A stretch of 64,000 nucleotides of DNA from Synechococcus sp. Its GTDB lineage: Bacteria > Cyanobacteriota > Cyanobacteriia > PCC-6307 > Cyanobiaceae. Below the pieces are notes generated by a model. That model worked only from the letters and a program-made list of their open reading frames with translations, was not told the origin of the DNA and ran no database searches. The position numbers and the translations under genes were made by a program. The stretch is from the NCBI GenBank assembly GCA_047284725.1, contig JBJBEO010000001.1, forward strand, positions 544,001-608,000, written 5' to 3'. Numbering within the stretch: the stretch's first letter is position 1; each line of letters opens with the position of its first letter. Of this stretch, positions 28,208-40,232 are shown one piece after another.

Positions 28208-28456
28208 TCACTTGCGCTGTTGCGGATTTGAACGGGTCGGAAAGCCCCGAAGCAGTCCACTTTCAATCATCAGGCCGACGCCTGCATTGATCAACACGAG
28301 GCTGAGCACGCCGTACCACCACCAGGGGCCGATGTCGCTCCCGGCGAGTTGAAGGGTCCGACGGCTGACGGCTTCCCCAAACATGCAAAAGCCAGCTGGG
28401 AGAAGAAGGATGCCCAGCTGGGCTTTCACAAACCAGCGCAAGGGGCTGGATGCCAT
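28208..28456 (-). CDS. Small membrane protein
   Basis: 82 aa with two hydrophobic helices, downstream of pepA. Confidence 0.7.
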   Translation of the reverse strand: MASSPLRWFVKAQLGILLLPAGFCMFGEAVSRRTLQLAGSDIGPWWWYGVLSLVLINAGVGLMIESGLLRGFPTRSNPQQRK

Positions 28457-28483
28457 AAGGGCTTGCTCCGTTGTGGGTGGAAT

Positions 28484-30013
<1,530 letters not shown>

Positions 30014-30136
30014 TGATGCTAAGGATCCAGCCGACGGGGAGCTGCTGTTGATGCCTCGGTCGCGTGACGTCCAGGGTGCTCAGGGGCACTCTCGTCGTGG
30101 TGCGTCGCGCGCTGTGATGCTTGGCGTGGGCGTTGT

Positions 30137-30733
30137 TCAGTCAGCGTTGAACGGAGTGGCCCATCCTTCCCTGGTTTCCTTGTTGAAGGGAGGCCGCCAG
30201 GTTTGGATCAGGTGCTGCTCCAGTTGGCGTCGAGCCCTCGTGGCTTGGGGGACATCACCCCAGAAGCGGATGCTGGGCTGGCTGTTAAGCCCGGCGCTGC
30301 TGAGGGCTTCGCCGTAGGCCGCCAGGTAGGTCTTGCAGTCGTGGTCACCTTTCCAGCGGCGGTCTGCCGCCAGGGTTTCGCCCACATACAGCAAAATCGG
30401 GTTTGGTAGGTGATCGGGCCTGTCCATCACCAGGTAGATCGCGGCCCCTTGATGGGGGCTTTGGGGCCAGCGCCAGAAGCTGAGGGGAAGGGGCTGTAAA
30501 CGCAGTGGCTGCAGGTCGCTGAAGAGGGGTGTGGTTGGGGCGAACAGTTGGGCTTGGGCAGCCTTGGCTGGCTTCCCAGCAAACAGAGGCTCTTGATACT
30601 GATGAATCCGGCTCTGCCAAGTGCGCAGCAGGTCAGGGCTCAGGCTGAGCTGTTCATCCAGCTGTGATGGGTGGTGCTCATCGCTGGGTTCGAACCGAGC
30701 GAACAGATTCCCCTGACGCGCTGATGCAGCCAT
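30137..30733 (-). CDS. GIY-YIG-like conserved protein
   Basis: AIYLV...LLYVGET and E..LI..WRPPFNKE motifs. Confidence 0.75.
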   Translation of the reverse strand: MAASARQGNLFARFEPSDEHHPSQLDEQLSLSPDLLRTWQSRIHQYQEPLFAGKPAKAAQAQLFAPTTPLFSDLQPLRLQPLPLSFWRWPQSPHQGAAIYLVMDRPDHLPNPILLYVGETLAADRRWKGDHDCKTYLAAYGEALSSAGLNSQPSIRFWGDVPQATRARRQLEQHLIQTWRPPFNKETREGWATPFNAD

Positions 30734-30734
30734 C

Positions 30735-31316
30735 TCAGGGGTGCGGCGGCAGGCTGGGACTTGGGCGCCGCTCACCAAAGCGCACTTTGCCGAACAGCTG
30801 CTCGACGGCTTCGGGGGGAAGGCAGAGGCGTTCCTGCAGATCCGCAAGGTTGTCGAAGGCCCTGCGGTTGCGTTCCTGGAGCAGTCGAGACAGCCTCGGC
30901 TCCGGCCAGAGAAGCGTTTGTTCGAGTTCCAGGCGGGATGCTGCATTCAGCTCCAGAGGGCTGGGCTCCGGCAGTGGTGAAGCGTCGCCATGCCAGTGGA
31001 ACACCAGGTGGGGCCTCCATTGCTCCGCCTGAAGGGAGGGAAGTTCGAGCAGCTGGAACAGGTCGTCGGCCTGGCTGAACTGCACGCCTGCGCGCTGCAG
31101 ACGCAACAGCACATCCACCATGGCTTCACTGCATCCGGGAAGTTGCATCCATTGCTCTGCCGTGGCGCGGTTGACGTCGAGACTCCATCGCGGGGCGGCA
31201 GGAGGAGGAGCGGAAGGCCGAGGCGATGGAGCCTGAATCTTGACGTCGTTCGGCAGCTCACCGACGGCCTGGAGCACTTTCCTGGCCAGTGGATCCAACC
31301 AGTGACCGGGGGCCAT
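30735..31316 (-). CDS. ComEA-like helix-hairpin-helix protein
   Basis: LDVNRATAEQWMQLPG and LELNAASRLEL repeats. Confidence 0.8.
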   Translation of the reverse strand: MAPGHWLDPLARKVLQAVGELPNDVKIQAPSPRPSAPPPAAPRWSLDVNRATAEQWMQLPGCSEAMVDVLLRLQRAGVQFSQADDLFQLLELPSLQAEQWRPHLVFHWHGDASPLPEPSPLELNAASRLELEQTLLWPEPRLSRLLQERNRRAFDNLADLQERLCLPPEAVEQLFGKVRFGERRPSPSLPPHP

Positions 31317-31388
31317 CAGGATCGATGTAAATGAGCTGACCTTAACGACTGCAGTAGCGGATGGCTTTGCCCTGAGGCTTGCGCTGCC

Positions 31389-32123
31389 TCAGCGGCTCCA
31401 GGGGGGTGCGCTGCTCGGCAGCTCCACAAGCCCCTGCTCAAAGGCTGCGACGACGGCTTGGGTCCTGTCATTCACGTTCAACTTGCGCAACAAGCTGCTC
31501 ACGTGGCTTTTCACCGTGTCGGTGGACACCGTGAGGGCATCGGCGATGTCGTGATTGGTCATGCCTTTGCAAAGGCCTCGCAGCACATCCTCTTCGCGAA
31601 GGCTGAGGGGGGCGAGAGGACCGGTTTCAACGGTGCCGGGACGTCTGAGGCGACCGTGGCTGAGCACGCCGCTCGCCACGTGATCGAGGTAGGTGCCATC
31701 GGTCTCGATGGCGTTCAGCGCGGCGAGCACCGTACCGCTGCCTGTGAGTTCAGCGGCACAGATGCCATCACACCCACTTGCAACGGCATCAAGGATGGTG
31801 CGCACTAGGGGCCTGCGCACCACTAGCAGAGTCTTGAGATCAGGGAGGTGCTGTCGCGCCTGACGCAGCAGGCCGGTCGCGCTGCCTTGTTCGAGCCGAT
31901 CCGTGCAGATCAGAAGACCTGGTCGCCCCTGGTGGATGTGATGGAGCAGTTCTTGTTCTGTGGTGGCAGCGCCCACCAGTGGTCCCAGTCCCTCCAGCCA
32001 GGAAACAAGAGACGCCAGCAAGACTCTGTCGCCGGTCCCAATCAAGGTGCGGCTGCGGCGCAACAGGCTGTGCCCTTGGCGGCGACGTTCTTGCAGCAGG
32101 GGGATTTGGCTGGTGATGTCCAC
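31389..32123 (-). CDS. LuxR-family regulator with atypical receiver domain
   Basis: LSLREEDVLRGLCKGMTNHDIA...TVKSHVSSLLRKL HTH. Confidence 0.9.
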   Translation of the reverse strand: MDITSQIPLLQERRRQGHSLLRRSRTLIGTGDRVLLASLVSWLEGLGPLVGAATTEQELLHHIHQGRPGLLICTDRLEQGSATGLLRQARQHLPDLKTLLVVRRPLVRTILDAVASGCDGICAAELTGSGTVLAALNAIETDGTYLDHVASGVLSHGRLRRPGTVETGPLAPLSLREEDVLRGLCKGMTNHDIADALTVSTDTVKSHVSSLLRKLNVNDRTQAVVAAFEQGLVELPSSAPPWSR

Positions 32124-32240
32124 GGAGCCCAGGGCAATGGAGGGACCCTCTTCATCCTGGCTTTGTTTGAAGGGCGTGGATCCGCACTGTTAGGGATCGG
32201 TTGAATTGGCCAAAATTGGAGGGATCCGAATGCGCAGCTG

Positions 32241-32567
32241 ATGGCGTTCTTTGAATCCGAAATTGTTCAGGAGGAAGCCAAGCGGCTGTTCACCGATTAC
32301 CAGCAGCTCATGCAGCTTGGTAGTGACTACGGCAAGTTCGATCGCGAGGGCAAGAAGAAGTTCATTGACACGATGGAAGAGCTCATGGGGCGTTACCGCG
32401 TCTTCATGAAACGCTTTGAGCTGTCGGAGGATTTCCAGGCGAAGCTCACCGTGGAGCAACTCCGCACCCAACTGGGCCAGTTCGGCATCACCCCTGAACA
32501 GATGTTTGAACAGATGAATCAAACGCTTGAACGCATGAAGAGTCAGTTGGAGCAGTCGCCTTCCTGA
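32241..32567 (+). CDS. DUF1825 family protein
   Basis: [17 protein letters not shown]...[10 protein letters not shown]. Confidence 0.85.
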   Translation: MAFFESEIVQEEAKRLFTDYQQLMQLGSDYGKFDREGKKKFIDTMEELMGRYRVFMKRFELSEDFQAKLTVEQLRTQLGQFGITPEQMFEQMNQTLERMKSQLEQSPS

Positions 32568-32628
32568 GCAGCTCTCGCTGGCAGGTGGTCGCGCAGGCCC
32601 CCGTACGATCCCTTCTTCCCTTGATCGA

Positions 32629-33885
32629 TTGGCTGCCATGACGCCATCTCCCCATTCCCTGCCGAGTTGGCTGGCACGGGGGATGGCCGATCTCTTTCCA
32701 GCAGGCGATTCGACTGATGTGGATCAAGCCCTGGAGGCTCGACTGATTGCAGCGGCCAAGCAAGAACGGCCACTGAGGATCAAGCTCGGCATTGATCCGA
32801 CCGGCAGCGACATCCATCTCGGCCACAGCATCCTGTTCCGCAAGTTGCGGGCCTTCCAGGATGCGGGTCACACAGCGGTGTTGATCATCGGCGACTTCAC
32901 TGCCCGGATCGGGGATCCCACTGGAAAAAGCGCCACCAGGGTTCAGCTCACCAAAGAGCAGGTGGAAGCCAACGCCACCACGTATCTCCAGCAGCTGGGA
33001 CAGGGCAAGCCCAAAGAGAAGTCACTGCTGGATTTTGAGACACCGGGCCGACTGGAGGTGCGCCGCAACAGCGAGTGGCTGGAGGGACTGAGCCTTCCCG
33101 AGGTGATCGGACTGCTCGGTACGGCCACCGTCGGCCAGATGCTGGCGAAAGATGACTTCTCAAAGCGCTATGGCAGCGGGACGCCGATTGCGCTGCACGA
33201 ATTCCTCTATCCGTTGCTGCAGGGGTACGACTCCGTGGCGGTGGACGCCGATGTGGAACTGGGCGGCACCGATCAGAAATTCAACGTGGCCATGGGCCGT
33301 GATCTGCAGCGCCATTTCGGCCAGCGCACCCAGTTCGGCATGCTGTTGCCCATCCTCGTCGGTCTCGACGGGGTGCAGAAGATGAGCAAGAGCCTCGGCA
33401 ACGTGGTGGGTCTCGAGGAGGATCCGCTTTCGATGTACTCCAAGCTCGAGAAGGTTGGCGATGCGGCCATCGACGACTACCTGACGTTGCTGACCGATCT
33501 GGATCTGGCCTCGTTGCCGGAGAACCCACGCGAGAAGCAGAAGGCGATGGCTCTGGCGGTCACCGCCAGCCGCCACGGTCTTGAGGCGGCCGAGAAAGCC
33601 CAGAGCGATGCCGCCACCCTGGTGGCCGGCAGTGGTGATGCCGGCGCCGATGTGCCCGAGGCCTCCCTGGCTGAGGTCAATTTCCCTGCCAAAGCCTTTT
33701 ATCTGTTCAGTGCCGTGGGGATCTGCGCCAGCAGCAGTGAGGCCCGCCGCCAGATCAAGGGCGGTGCTGCGCGCTTGGAGGGGGAGAAAATCACCGATCC
33801 GAACCAGGAGTTCGCTTCAGCGGCGGAGCTGGAGGGCAAGGTGCTGCAGCTGGGCAAGAAGACCTTCCGGCGGCTCACCGCCTGA
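32629..33885 (+). CDS. tyrS: Tyrosine--tRNA ligase
   Basis: [13 protein letters not shown] and KMSKS motifs; C-terminal S4 domain. Confidence 0.98.
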   Translation: MAAMTPSPHSLPSWLARGMADLFPAGDSTDVDQALEARLIAAAKQERPLRIKLGIDPTGSDIHLGHSILFRKLRAFQDAGHTAVLIIGDFTARIGDPTGKSATRVQLTKEQVEANATTYLQQLGQGKPKEKSLLDFETPGRLEVRRNSEWLEGLSLPEVIGLLGTATVGQMLAKDDFSKRYGSGTPIALHEFLYPLLQGYDSVAVDADVELGGTDQKFNVAMGRDLQRHFGQRTQFGMLLPILVGLDGVQKMSKSLGNVVGLEEDPLSMYSKLEKVGDAAIDDYLTLLTDLDLASLPENPREKQKAMALAVTASRHGLEAAEKAQSDAATLVAGSGDAGADVPEASLAEVNFPAKAFYLFSAVGICASSSEARRQIKGGAARLEGEKITDPNQEFASAAELEGKVLQLGKKTFRRLTA

Positions 33886-33963
33886 TCAGTCAGCGTTCCC
33901 CCTTTTGGGGGATCCGCCGAGAGAGAACTGGCGCGATGGTGTGTTCCATCCGAGCCACGAAGA

Positions 33964-34950
33964 ATGCCAGCGTCAGCTCTTGAAACTGAATGCAGATCTG
34001 ATCAGCAGATCGCTGCTGATTTTTTGTCGTATTTGCAAGCGGAATCGTCAGACCGTGTCACTTACGAGCTGGAACCGATGCGCCTGACAGGAGGTATCGA
34101 TGCCCGGTTGTATCGCTACAAGCTGATTGACCAGGAGCCAAGAGTGCTTCGCATTCTGCGACCTGAGCGCAAGGTGGAGGAGCTGATGTATCACCAGCTT
34201 GTGCATCAGACTCTGAACCAGCAGGGACTGAAGGCTCCTGTGATTCATCGTGTCTGTGGAGACCAATCGTTCTTGGGCGGTGTGTTTGCCGTGATGGATC
34301 TGATGCCAGGCCGGCCTTTGGTTGAGCAGAAGCCAGAGGTCTTTGCGTCGGTCTTGGGTGAGTCAATGGCCCGCATGCATGGGCTTGATGTAAGGCCCGT
34401 TGTTGAAGACTTAAGGCGTGCTGGTGTTCCGGATGAGCGGTTTTTAAGCCCTGATGTTCATCAAAAGGGGTTGGAAGTTGCTGAGCAGACGATCTCATGG
34501 GCTGCTGATCTGGTGGGTTGGCTTCGTGATCATTTGCCCTTGAATGGTGAAAATCTTGCTGTGATTCATGGTGACTATCATGGAGGCAATATTATGTTTG
34601 ACAATGGCTCCATTTCAGGGGTGCTGGATTGGGGATTTTTTATTGCTGATCCTGCAATGGATCTGGCGCACACTATGAATGATTGTCTGGTTTTTAGTCG
34701 CCAGATTGATCCGGCAATTTCGATTCATGGTTTGGAGCAGATCATGGATGGGGCTCTACAGGCTTATCAAGTCATCAGGCCCCTGAATCATGAGCACATC
34801 AAGGCCTGTCGTGTTGCTCACCTCTTGAGCTTCTTGGCTCTCGGTGTCGCTGGTGTTGGCCCCGAATTCGTGCGAAAGCCTGAATCGCAGCGCGACTATC
34901 TGACCTTCATCGAGCAAGCAGCCGGTCTCAGGCTGTCGCCCCCAGCCTGA
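33964..34950 (+). CDS. APH-family phosphotransferase
   Basis: VIHGDYHGGNIMF, GVLDW and DPAMDLA motifs. Confidence 0.85.
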   Translation: MPASALETECRSDQQIAADFLSYLQAESSDRVTYELEPMRLTGGIDARLYRYKLIDQEPRVLRILRPERKVEELMYHQLVHQTLNQQGLKAPVIHRVCGDQSFLGGVFAVMDLMPGRPLVEQKPEVFASVLGESMARMHGLDVRPVVEDLRRAGVPDERFLSPDVHQKGLEVAEQTISWAADLVGWLRDHLPLNGENLAVIHGDYHGGNIMFDNGSISGVLDWGFFIADPAMDLAHTMNDCLVFSRQIDPAISIHGLEQIMDGALQAYQVIRPLNHEHIKACRVAHLLSFLALGVAGVGPEFVRKPESQRDYLTFIEQAAGLRLSPPA

Positions 34951-35009
34951 ACCTCAGTTGAGATAAATCTATCGTCGCGACAGGATGGGATCTGGATCAC
35001 CCGTTTGCC

Positions 35010-35735
35010 TTGGCTCCGTCGCTCTCCGCTGACCCCGCTGATCGGATCATCGTGGCCCTTGATGGCATGGCGCCAGAGCAGGCGCTGCGCTTTGCCCTCC
35101 AGGTGGAGGGGCTGCGCTGGGTGAAGGTGGGCCTGGAGTTGTTCGTCCAGGCAGGCCCGGAGGTAGTGGCGCAACTGCGCGATCAGGGCCTGCGGGTGTT
35201 CCTCGATCTCAAATTTCACGACATCCCGGCCACGATGGCCGGTGCCTGTCGTCGAGCGGCTGCGCTGGGGGCCGAACTGATCACGGTGCATGCCTGTGCC
35301 GGCCATGCAGCGCTGAAGGCGGCGCAAGCTGCTGCGATGGTGGGTGCGCTGCAGACAGGCCAACCGGTTCCCACCCTGCTGGCGGTGACGGTGCTGACCA
35401 GTTGGGACGAGCAGCGGCTGCAGCATGAACTCGCCCTCAGTCAGGGCATTGCCGAGCGGGTGCCGGCATTGGCCCAGCTCGCCGCTGCGGCCGGGATCGG
35501 CGGTTGTGTGTGCTCTCCCCTGGAGGCCGCGGCACTGCGGGGTCAGCATCCCGAGCCGTTTGCGTTAGTCACGCCAGGGATCCGCCCGAAGGGCGCCGCC
35601 ATCGGCGATCAGGCCAGGGTGATGGGACCGGCGGAAGCCATCAAGGCAGGTGCAAGCAAGCTGGTGATCGGTCGTCCGATCACCAAAGCTCCGGATCCAA
35701 GCGCCGTGTTTGCAGCCTGTTGCGCTGAGCTTTAA
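35010..35735 (+). CDS. pyrF: Orotidine-5'-phosphate decarboxylase
   Basis: [24 protein letters not shown] and VIGRPIT motifs. Confidence 0.98.
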   Translation: MAPSLSADPADRIIVALDGMAPEQALRFALQVEGLRWVKVGLELFVQAGPEVVAQLRDQGLRVFLDLKFHDIPATMAGACRRAAALGAELITVHACAGHAALKAAQAAAMVGALQTGQPVPTLLAVTVLTSWDEQRLQHELALSQGIAERVPALAQLAAAAGIGGCVCSPLEAAALRGQHPEPFALVTPGIRPKGAAIGDQARVMGPAEAIKAGASKLVIGRPITKAPDPSAVFAACCAEL

Positions 35736-35819
35736 TCGACTGGCTGTCTCCTTGCATGCGTAGAAAGATGGTGCGCATCTAATCCAGAAGTGACTGGTCA
35801 GAGTCCCGTGGCTCGACGC

Positions 35820-36419
35820 TCAGTCCTGTTGGCCCAAGCGTGGCTCGGTCCCGTTCATGATCCGCTGAAGGTTGCTGCGATGGCGCCAGATCACCAAAGC
35901 CATCGCCACCACGGCGACCACGAGCTTGGCGCTGCCTTCACTGCCAGCAGCCATCAACAGAGGCAGGCTGATGGCTGCCACGACACTGGAGAGCGACACG
36001 ATTCGAAAAAGCGTGATCGTGGTCAGAAACACCCCGAAGCAAGCCAGCCCCACAGGCCAAGCCAGCCCCAGGAACAACCCGAACCCTGTGGCGACCGCTT
36101 TGCCGCCCCTGAATCGCAGCCAGATGGGCCAGATGTGACCGGCCAGCGCCGCAAGACCTGCTGCCACCTGGATCCAGTCGCTCCAGGGCTCCCCTTGGCT
36201 GAAGGAGGCGGCCAGCAGCACCGCGGCTGCGCCTTTGGCCACATCGATGACAAACACCACCAGCGCTGCACCCTTGCCCACCTGGCGCAGCACGTTGGTG
36301 GCGCCGGTGGAGCCTGAACCAAGCTCCCGAAGGTCGATACCCTTGCACCAGCGCCCTGCCAGGTAGCCACTGGGAATGGAGCCGAGCAGATAGCCCAGCA
36401 GAAGTGAAATCAGGCTCAT
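35820..36419 (-). CDS. plsY: Glycerol-3-phosphate acyltransferase
   Basis: GYLLGSIP, GSGSTGATNVLR, FRGGKAVAT and HRSNLQRI motifs. Confidence 0.97.
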   Translation of the reverse strand: MSLISLLLGYLLGSIPSGYLAGRWCKGIDLRELGSGSTGATNVLRQVGKGAALVVFVIDVAKGAAAVLLAASFSQGEPWSDWIQVAAGLAALAGHIWPIWLRFRGGKAVATGFGLFLGLAWPVGLACFGVFLTTITLFRIVSLSSVVAAISLPLLMAAGSEGSAKLVVAVVAMALVIWRHRSNLQRIMNGTEPRLGQQD

Positions 36420-37420
36420 CAGAGCAGGTCATCGTCAATCAGCAGTTCATCCGGCTGGGCCGCAAAGGCAAGCCAGAGGGGGAACTGAAGCACAGGAATG
36501 TCCACGCTGCGTTCGGCTGCATCGATCAGGATCAGCGGCACCTCACCGCGTTCCTCCAAACGGTCGGCCCGCTCCACCAGGGCATCTGCTCGATCAAACA
36601 GCACGATGCCGCTGTTGGGGCCGAAATCCTCACGGCCGAGGCCCAGGCAATCCTGGAGTCCCCGGCGCCATTCCCCGAGCCGTTCCGGCTCCCCCGCCAG
36701 CACAAGCGTCTGGAACTGGTCGCCGTAGAGCTCCCCAATCACGGCGATCAGGCCGGCTGCCAGCAGCACATTGCGGGGGCGACTGCCACGGCTGGCCTGG
36801 GCCCCACGGCCTCCCTGATTGAAAAACCAGTCTTCCAGAAGGGTGATGTCTTGTCCATCCAGACTTCGGCGCAGTTTCCAAGGTCCGGCATAGAAGTCAG
36901 GCTGCCCCTGGAAGCCCTCCAGGCAGGAGCGGATCAACGCCTCATCGGGCCTGAAGGTGTCGGCCAAGGCCGGCGGCGGGGGTGCGTCATCACTGGATGC
37001 GTCGCCTGTGGCGGCCTGTTGATCAAGGGGTGAGGGCTTCACCATGACCGGTTGCATCACCAGTTCAAGGTTTTCCACCGATTGGGCCAGATCTTGCAGT
37101 GCACCGCCGAGGTACTCCTGGAATCCTTTCACCCGCCGTGCGATGGCATCGGATTGCCCCGCGAACGACTGCTTCAGCTCCTGTTCGAGTTGCTGTTTGC
37201 GCTGACTGAGTTCCTTGATTTCGGATTCGAGTGCCTGGCGACGCTCCAGCAGTTCTGCTGTGGCGAGGGCCTGCCAGTTGGCGCCGTCTGTGGTTGCTCT
37301 CGTGGCACTCTCCGTGGTGCTTTTGTCTGCGGAGGGAACTGCCTCAGGCTCCGGATTGGTGCCGGGGGTGGAGGTGTCACCGGTCTCGCCGATGCCGTTG
37401 CTCTGGAGTTCGTCAGCCAT
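36419..37420 (-). CDS. DUF3086 family coiled-coil protein
   Basis: IARRVKGFQEYL and ERLGEWRRGLQD; upstream of plsY; start chosen at MADEL. Confidence 0.8.
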   Translation of the reverse strand: MADELQSNGIGETGDTSTPGTNPEPEAVPSADKSTTESATRATTDGANWQALATAELLERRQALESEIKELSQRKQQLEQELKQSFAGQSDAIARRVKGFQEYLGGALQDLAQSVENLELVMQPVMVKPSPLDQQAATGDASSDDAPPPPALADTFRPDEALIRSCLEGFQGQPDFYAGPWKLRRSLDGQDITLLEDWFFNQGGRGAQASRGSRPRNVLLAAGLIAVIGELYGDQFQTLVLAGEPERLGEWRRGLQDCLGLGREDFGPNSGIVLFDRADALVERADRLEERGEVPLILIDAAERSVDIPVLQFPLWLAFAAQPDELLIDDDLL

Positions 37421-37850
37421 GGAACGGTTCAGGAGGGTCGCTGTTGGTGCTGGCGTCATGTTCCAGATTGCCAACCCGAGCGCGTAATTGCTCACGCAGC
37501 TCTGTGGCGTTGAACAGCACTGGGATCAGATGGGGGCTTTTGCGCTCGCGGAAATAGAGCACTGTTGGAAAGCCATTCCAGAACAAACGCCAGCTGATCC
37601 AGTAGTCGTAGGGAAAACGCCGGAGTTCCTGATCTCCGCGCCACACGATCAGTGCTTCGGCTTCGAACTCAAGGCGCAGGCTGTAGCTCTGGATCAACAG
37701 GGCCAGGGCGATCAGGCTGTTGATCAGCGTGGTCCATGGATGCAGGGGCAAGGGCAACAGGGCAGGGCCCAGCAACAGGATCAACAGGGGCAGACGTGGG
37801 CTGGGGCTGATCGTGACCGGAGGCTGTCGTGGCGTTGTGGACTCAGGCAT
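37413..37850 (-). CDS. DUF3119 family membrane protein
   Basis: LRRFPY..W..WRLFW...LYFRE..SPHLIPVLF. Confidence 0.8.
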   Translation of the reverse strand: MPESTTPRQPPVTISPSPRLPLLILLLGPALLPLPLHPWTTLINSLIALALLIQSYSLRLEFEAEALIVWRGDQELRRFPYDYWISWRLFWNGFPTVLYFRERKSPHLIPVLFNATELREQLRARVGNLEHDASTNSDPPEPFHG

Positions 37851-37873
37851 GGGCGGGGGCTCTCAACGAAGAA

Positions 37874-38620
37874 TCAGCCGAACAGCAGCTGCGTGAGCAG
37901 CACATCCATCAGGGCCACGGTGACGAGGATCATCACCACCGACCCCGTGGTGCTGGTGCCGACTTCCTTCGGCCCGCCCGATGTGGTGAGGCCCCAGCCG
38001 CATGAGAGTACGGCGATCTGAAGGCCGAACACCAGCGCTTTGATCAACATGAACGGAAGGTCATCGGGCTGCAACCAAGTGCGCACCGAGTTCCAGAACA
38101 CCGCTGGAGGGATGCTGTAGAACCCGGTGCTGGTGAGCTGGCCGCTCCAGATCGCCACCCCGAAGAACAGAAGGCATTGCACCGGTGCCATCACCACCAT
38201 CGCGATCAGGCGGGGAACCACCAGATACTCCACAGGATCCGTCCGCAGCATGGTGATCGCATCAATCTGCTCGGTCACCTTCATGGTGCCGAGTTGGGCG
38301 GCGTAGGCCGTGGCCACCTTGCCGGTGAGCAGCGTTGCGGTGAGCAGTGGGGCGATTTCCCTGGCCAGGCCGATGGCCAGCACGCCACCAACTGTGGAGC
38401 CTGCTCCCATGCTGCTCAGCTCGGCAGCGACTTGAATGTTGAACACCGAGCCTGCTGCCACACCGGTGATCAGCACGATCAGGAAGCTGCCCGGGCCAGC
38501 CTCCATCAGCTGATCAAACAGATCGATGGTGTTGATGCGGCCTCGCGCGGTGGAGGCAACGGCCTGGCCACCGATCAGCAGGCTGCTTCCCAGACGGCGT
38601 AACCAGCGGGGGGCTCTCAT
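37874..38620 (-). CDS. mlaE: MlaE-family lipid ABC transporter permease
   Basis: REIAPLLT and AQLGTMKVTEQIDAITML..DPVEYLVVPR motifs. Confidence 0.92.
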   Translation of the reverse strand: MRAPRWLRRLGSSLLIGGQAVASTARGRINTIDLFDQLMEAGPGSFLIVLITGVAAGSVFNIQVAAELSSMGAGSTVGGVLAIGLAREIAPLLTATLLTGKVATAYAAQLGTMKVTEQIDAITMLRTDPVEYLVVPRLIAMVVMAPVQCLLFFGVAIWSGQLTSTGFYSIPPAVFWNSVRTWLQPDDLPFMLIKALVFGLQIAVLSCGWGLTTSGGPKEVGTSTTGSVVMILVTVALMDVLLTQLLFG

Positions 38621-38636
38621 CGGCGGGGGCTTGGAT

Positions 38637-39953
38637 TCACGAATGCTGGAGGTGTGCACCTCGATCGGGCCAGCGTTGCATCAACACCAGACCCAGCACC
38701 ACCAGTACAGCTGGAATCAAGCCCATGCACAGTCGAATGGCAAGCAGGGCGGTGGCCGGTTGCTGGATGAAACTCAGGGCGCCATTGCAGGTTTGGCTGG
38801 AGATGTAACCGGTGAGCGACAGCAGTCCGCCAAACACCGACATGCTCAGGCCGATGATCAGTTTCTGACCAAGCACCATCCAGGCGGTGTACAGGCCGGC
38901 GGGGTGAGAGGGGTCGGAATCAATGGCATCCGGCAGCAGTGACCAGGGGATCAGATAAGCGGTGGAGGCGCCTAGGCCCACCATCATGATCAGGCCGATC
39001 AGTGGGGCCAGTGTCAGGCCACTGGCGTCCGGCGCCAGTGGCGAAAACAGCATGGAGAGGATGCACGCGATGATCCAGATGCTGCCGCCCCAGCGCAGGG
39101 CCACCAGGCGACCGCGGCGATTCGAGACGAGGCTCCAGATCTGCAGGCCGACCAGAGCGCTGATCTGGAAGGGAAGCAGAATCCAGGTGGAGAGGCCGGG
39201 GTCGACGTGGATCACCTGCACCAGCCAGATCAGAGCCACCACCTGCATCAACTGCAAGCCGAACCAGAGCAACAGGTAGAGCCCCAGCACCATGAGGAAA
39301 CGGGGGTTGGAGCGGATGCGTTTCAGCTGATGCAGCACCGGCTCGCTAACACCGCTCGGTCGCTGGGCCCGCTTGGCAAACGGGGCCAGGCCCCAGCAGC
39401 AGATCAAGGTGGCAGCGGCGGCAATGGTGCCAGTGATGCGGCCCATCAGCAGATAGCCATCGGATCCGTTGCTCAGGACCAATGCCCCCACCACCAGTCC
39501 GCTCAGCCCGGCCACGATGGACCCCGTGAAGCGCGCCGCATTGAGGCGGGTGCGGATGGCGGTGTCGGGAGTGAGTTCAGTGGACAGCGCCGCATAGGGG
39601 AGGTTGACGCTGGTGTAGGCGGTCATCAACAGGATCGCCATCACCACGTAGTAGATGGTGCGCTGCCAAACACTTCCCTCGGGCACCCACCACATCGCTG
39701 CAAGGCTGATGCCGAGGGGTAGCGATGCGCCAAGCATCCACGGCAGTCGAGGGCCCCAGCGGCTCTGGGTGTGGTCACTCATCCAGCCGATCAGAGGATC
39801 GTTGATGGCGTCCCACACCTTGATCACCGTCAGCAGTGAGCCGGCGATGAAGGCTGGTAGGCCAGCGGCACAGGTGAAGAACGGAAAGAGGTAGAAGCCA
39901 AGTTGGGTGGCTGCCAGGCCGGTACCGGCATCGCCGAAGCCGTAGGCAAGCAT
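38637..39953 (-). CDS. GPH/MelB-type MFS transporter
   Basis: WDAINDPLIGWMSD.T.SRWGPR.PW and PYAALSTELT motifs. Confidence 0.9.
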   Translation of the reverse strand: MLAYGFGDAGTGLAATQLGFYLFPFFTCAAGLPAFIAGSLLTVIKVWDAINDPLIGWMSDHTQSRWGPRLPWMLGASLPLGISLAAMWWVPEGSVWQRTIYYVVMAILLMTAYTSVNLPYAALSTELTPDTAIRTRLNAARFTGSIVAGLSGLVVGALVLSNGSDGYLLMGRITGTIAAAATLICCWGLAPFAKRAQRPSGVSEPVLHQLKRIRSNPRFLMVLGLYLLLWFGLQLMQVVALIWLVQVIHVDPGLSTWILLPFQISALVGLQIWSLVSNRRGRLVALRWGGSIWIIACILSMLFSPLAPDASGLTLAPLIGLIMMVGLGASTAYLIPWSLLPDAIDSDPSHPAGLYTAWMVLGQKLIIGLSMSVFGGLLSLTGYISSQTCNGALSFIQQPATALLAIRLCMGLIPAVLVVLGLVLMQRWPDRGAHLQHS

Positions 39954-40082
39954 CAAGCGGCGGCGATTACCCCCGGTAAGCGTGTCGGAGCGGGTCAAAC
40001 GGCTGACAGGGGGCGGCGCATGGTCATAATGCACGGGTACTGACGCAACAAGCCCATCGCCGGATGGTTTGTTTGTACTAGT

Positions 40083-40153
<71 letters not shown>

Positions 40154-40232
40154 TTCTGAACGTTCTGTCTGCGGCTTGACGTCGTGGCATCAGGGTGTGG
40201 TTGGAGCAGTGACCGATGCGTCCCTGCTCCCC

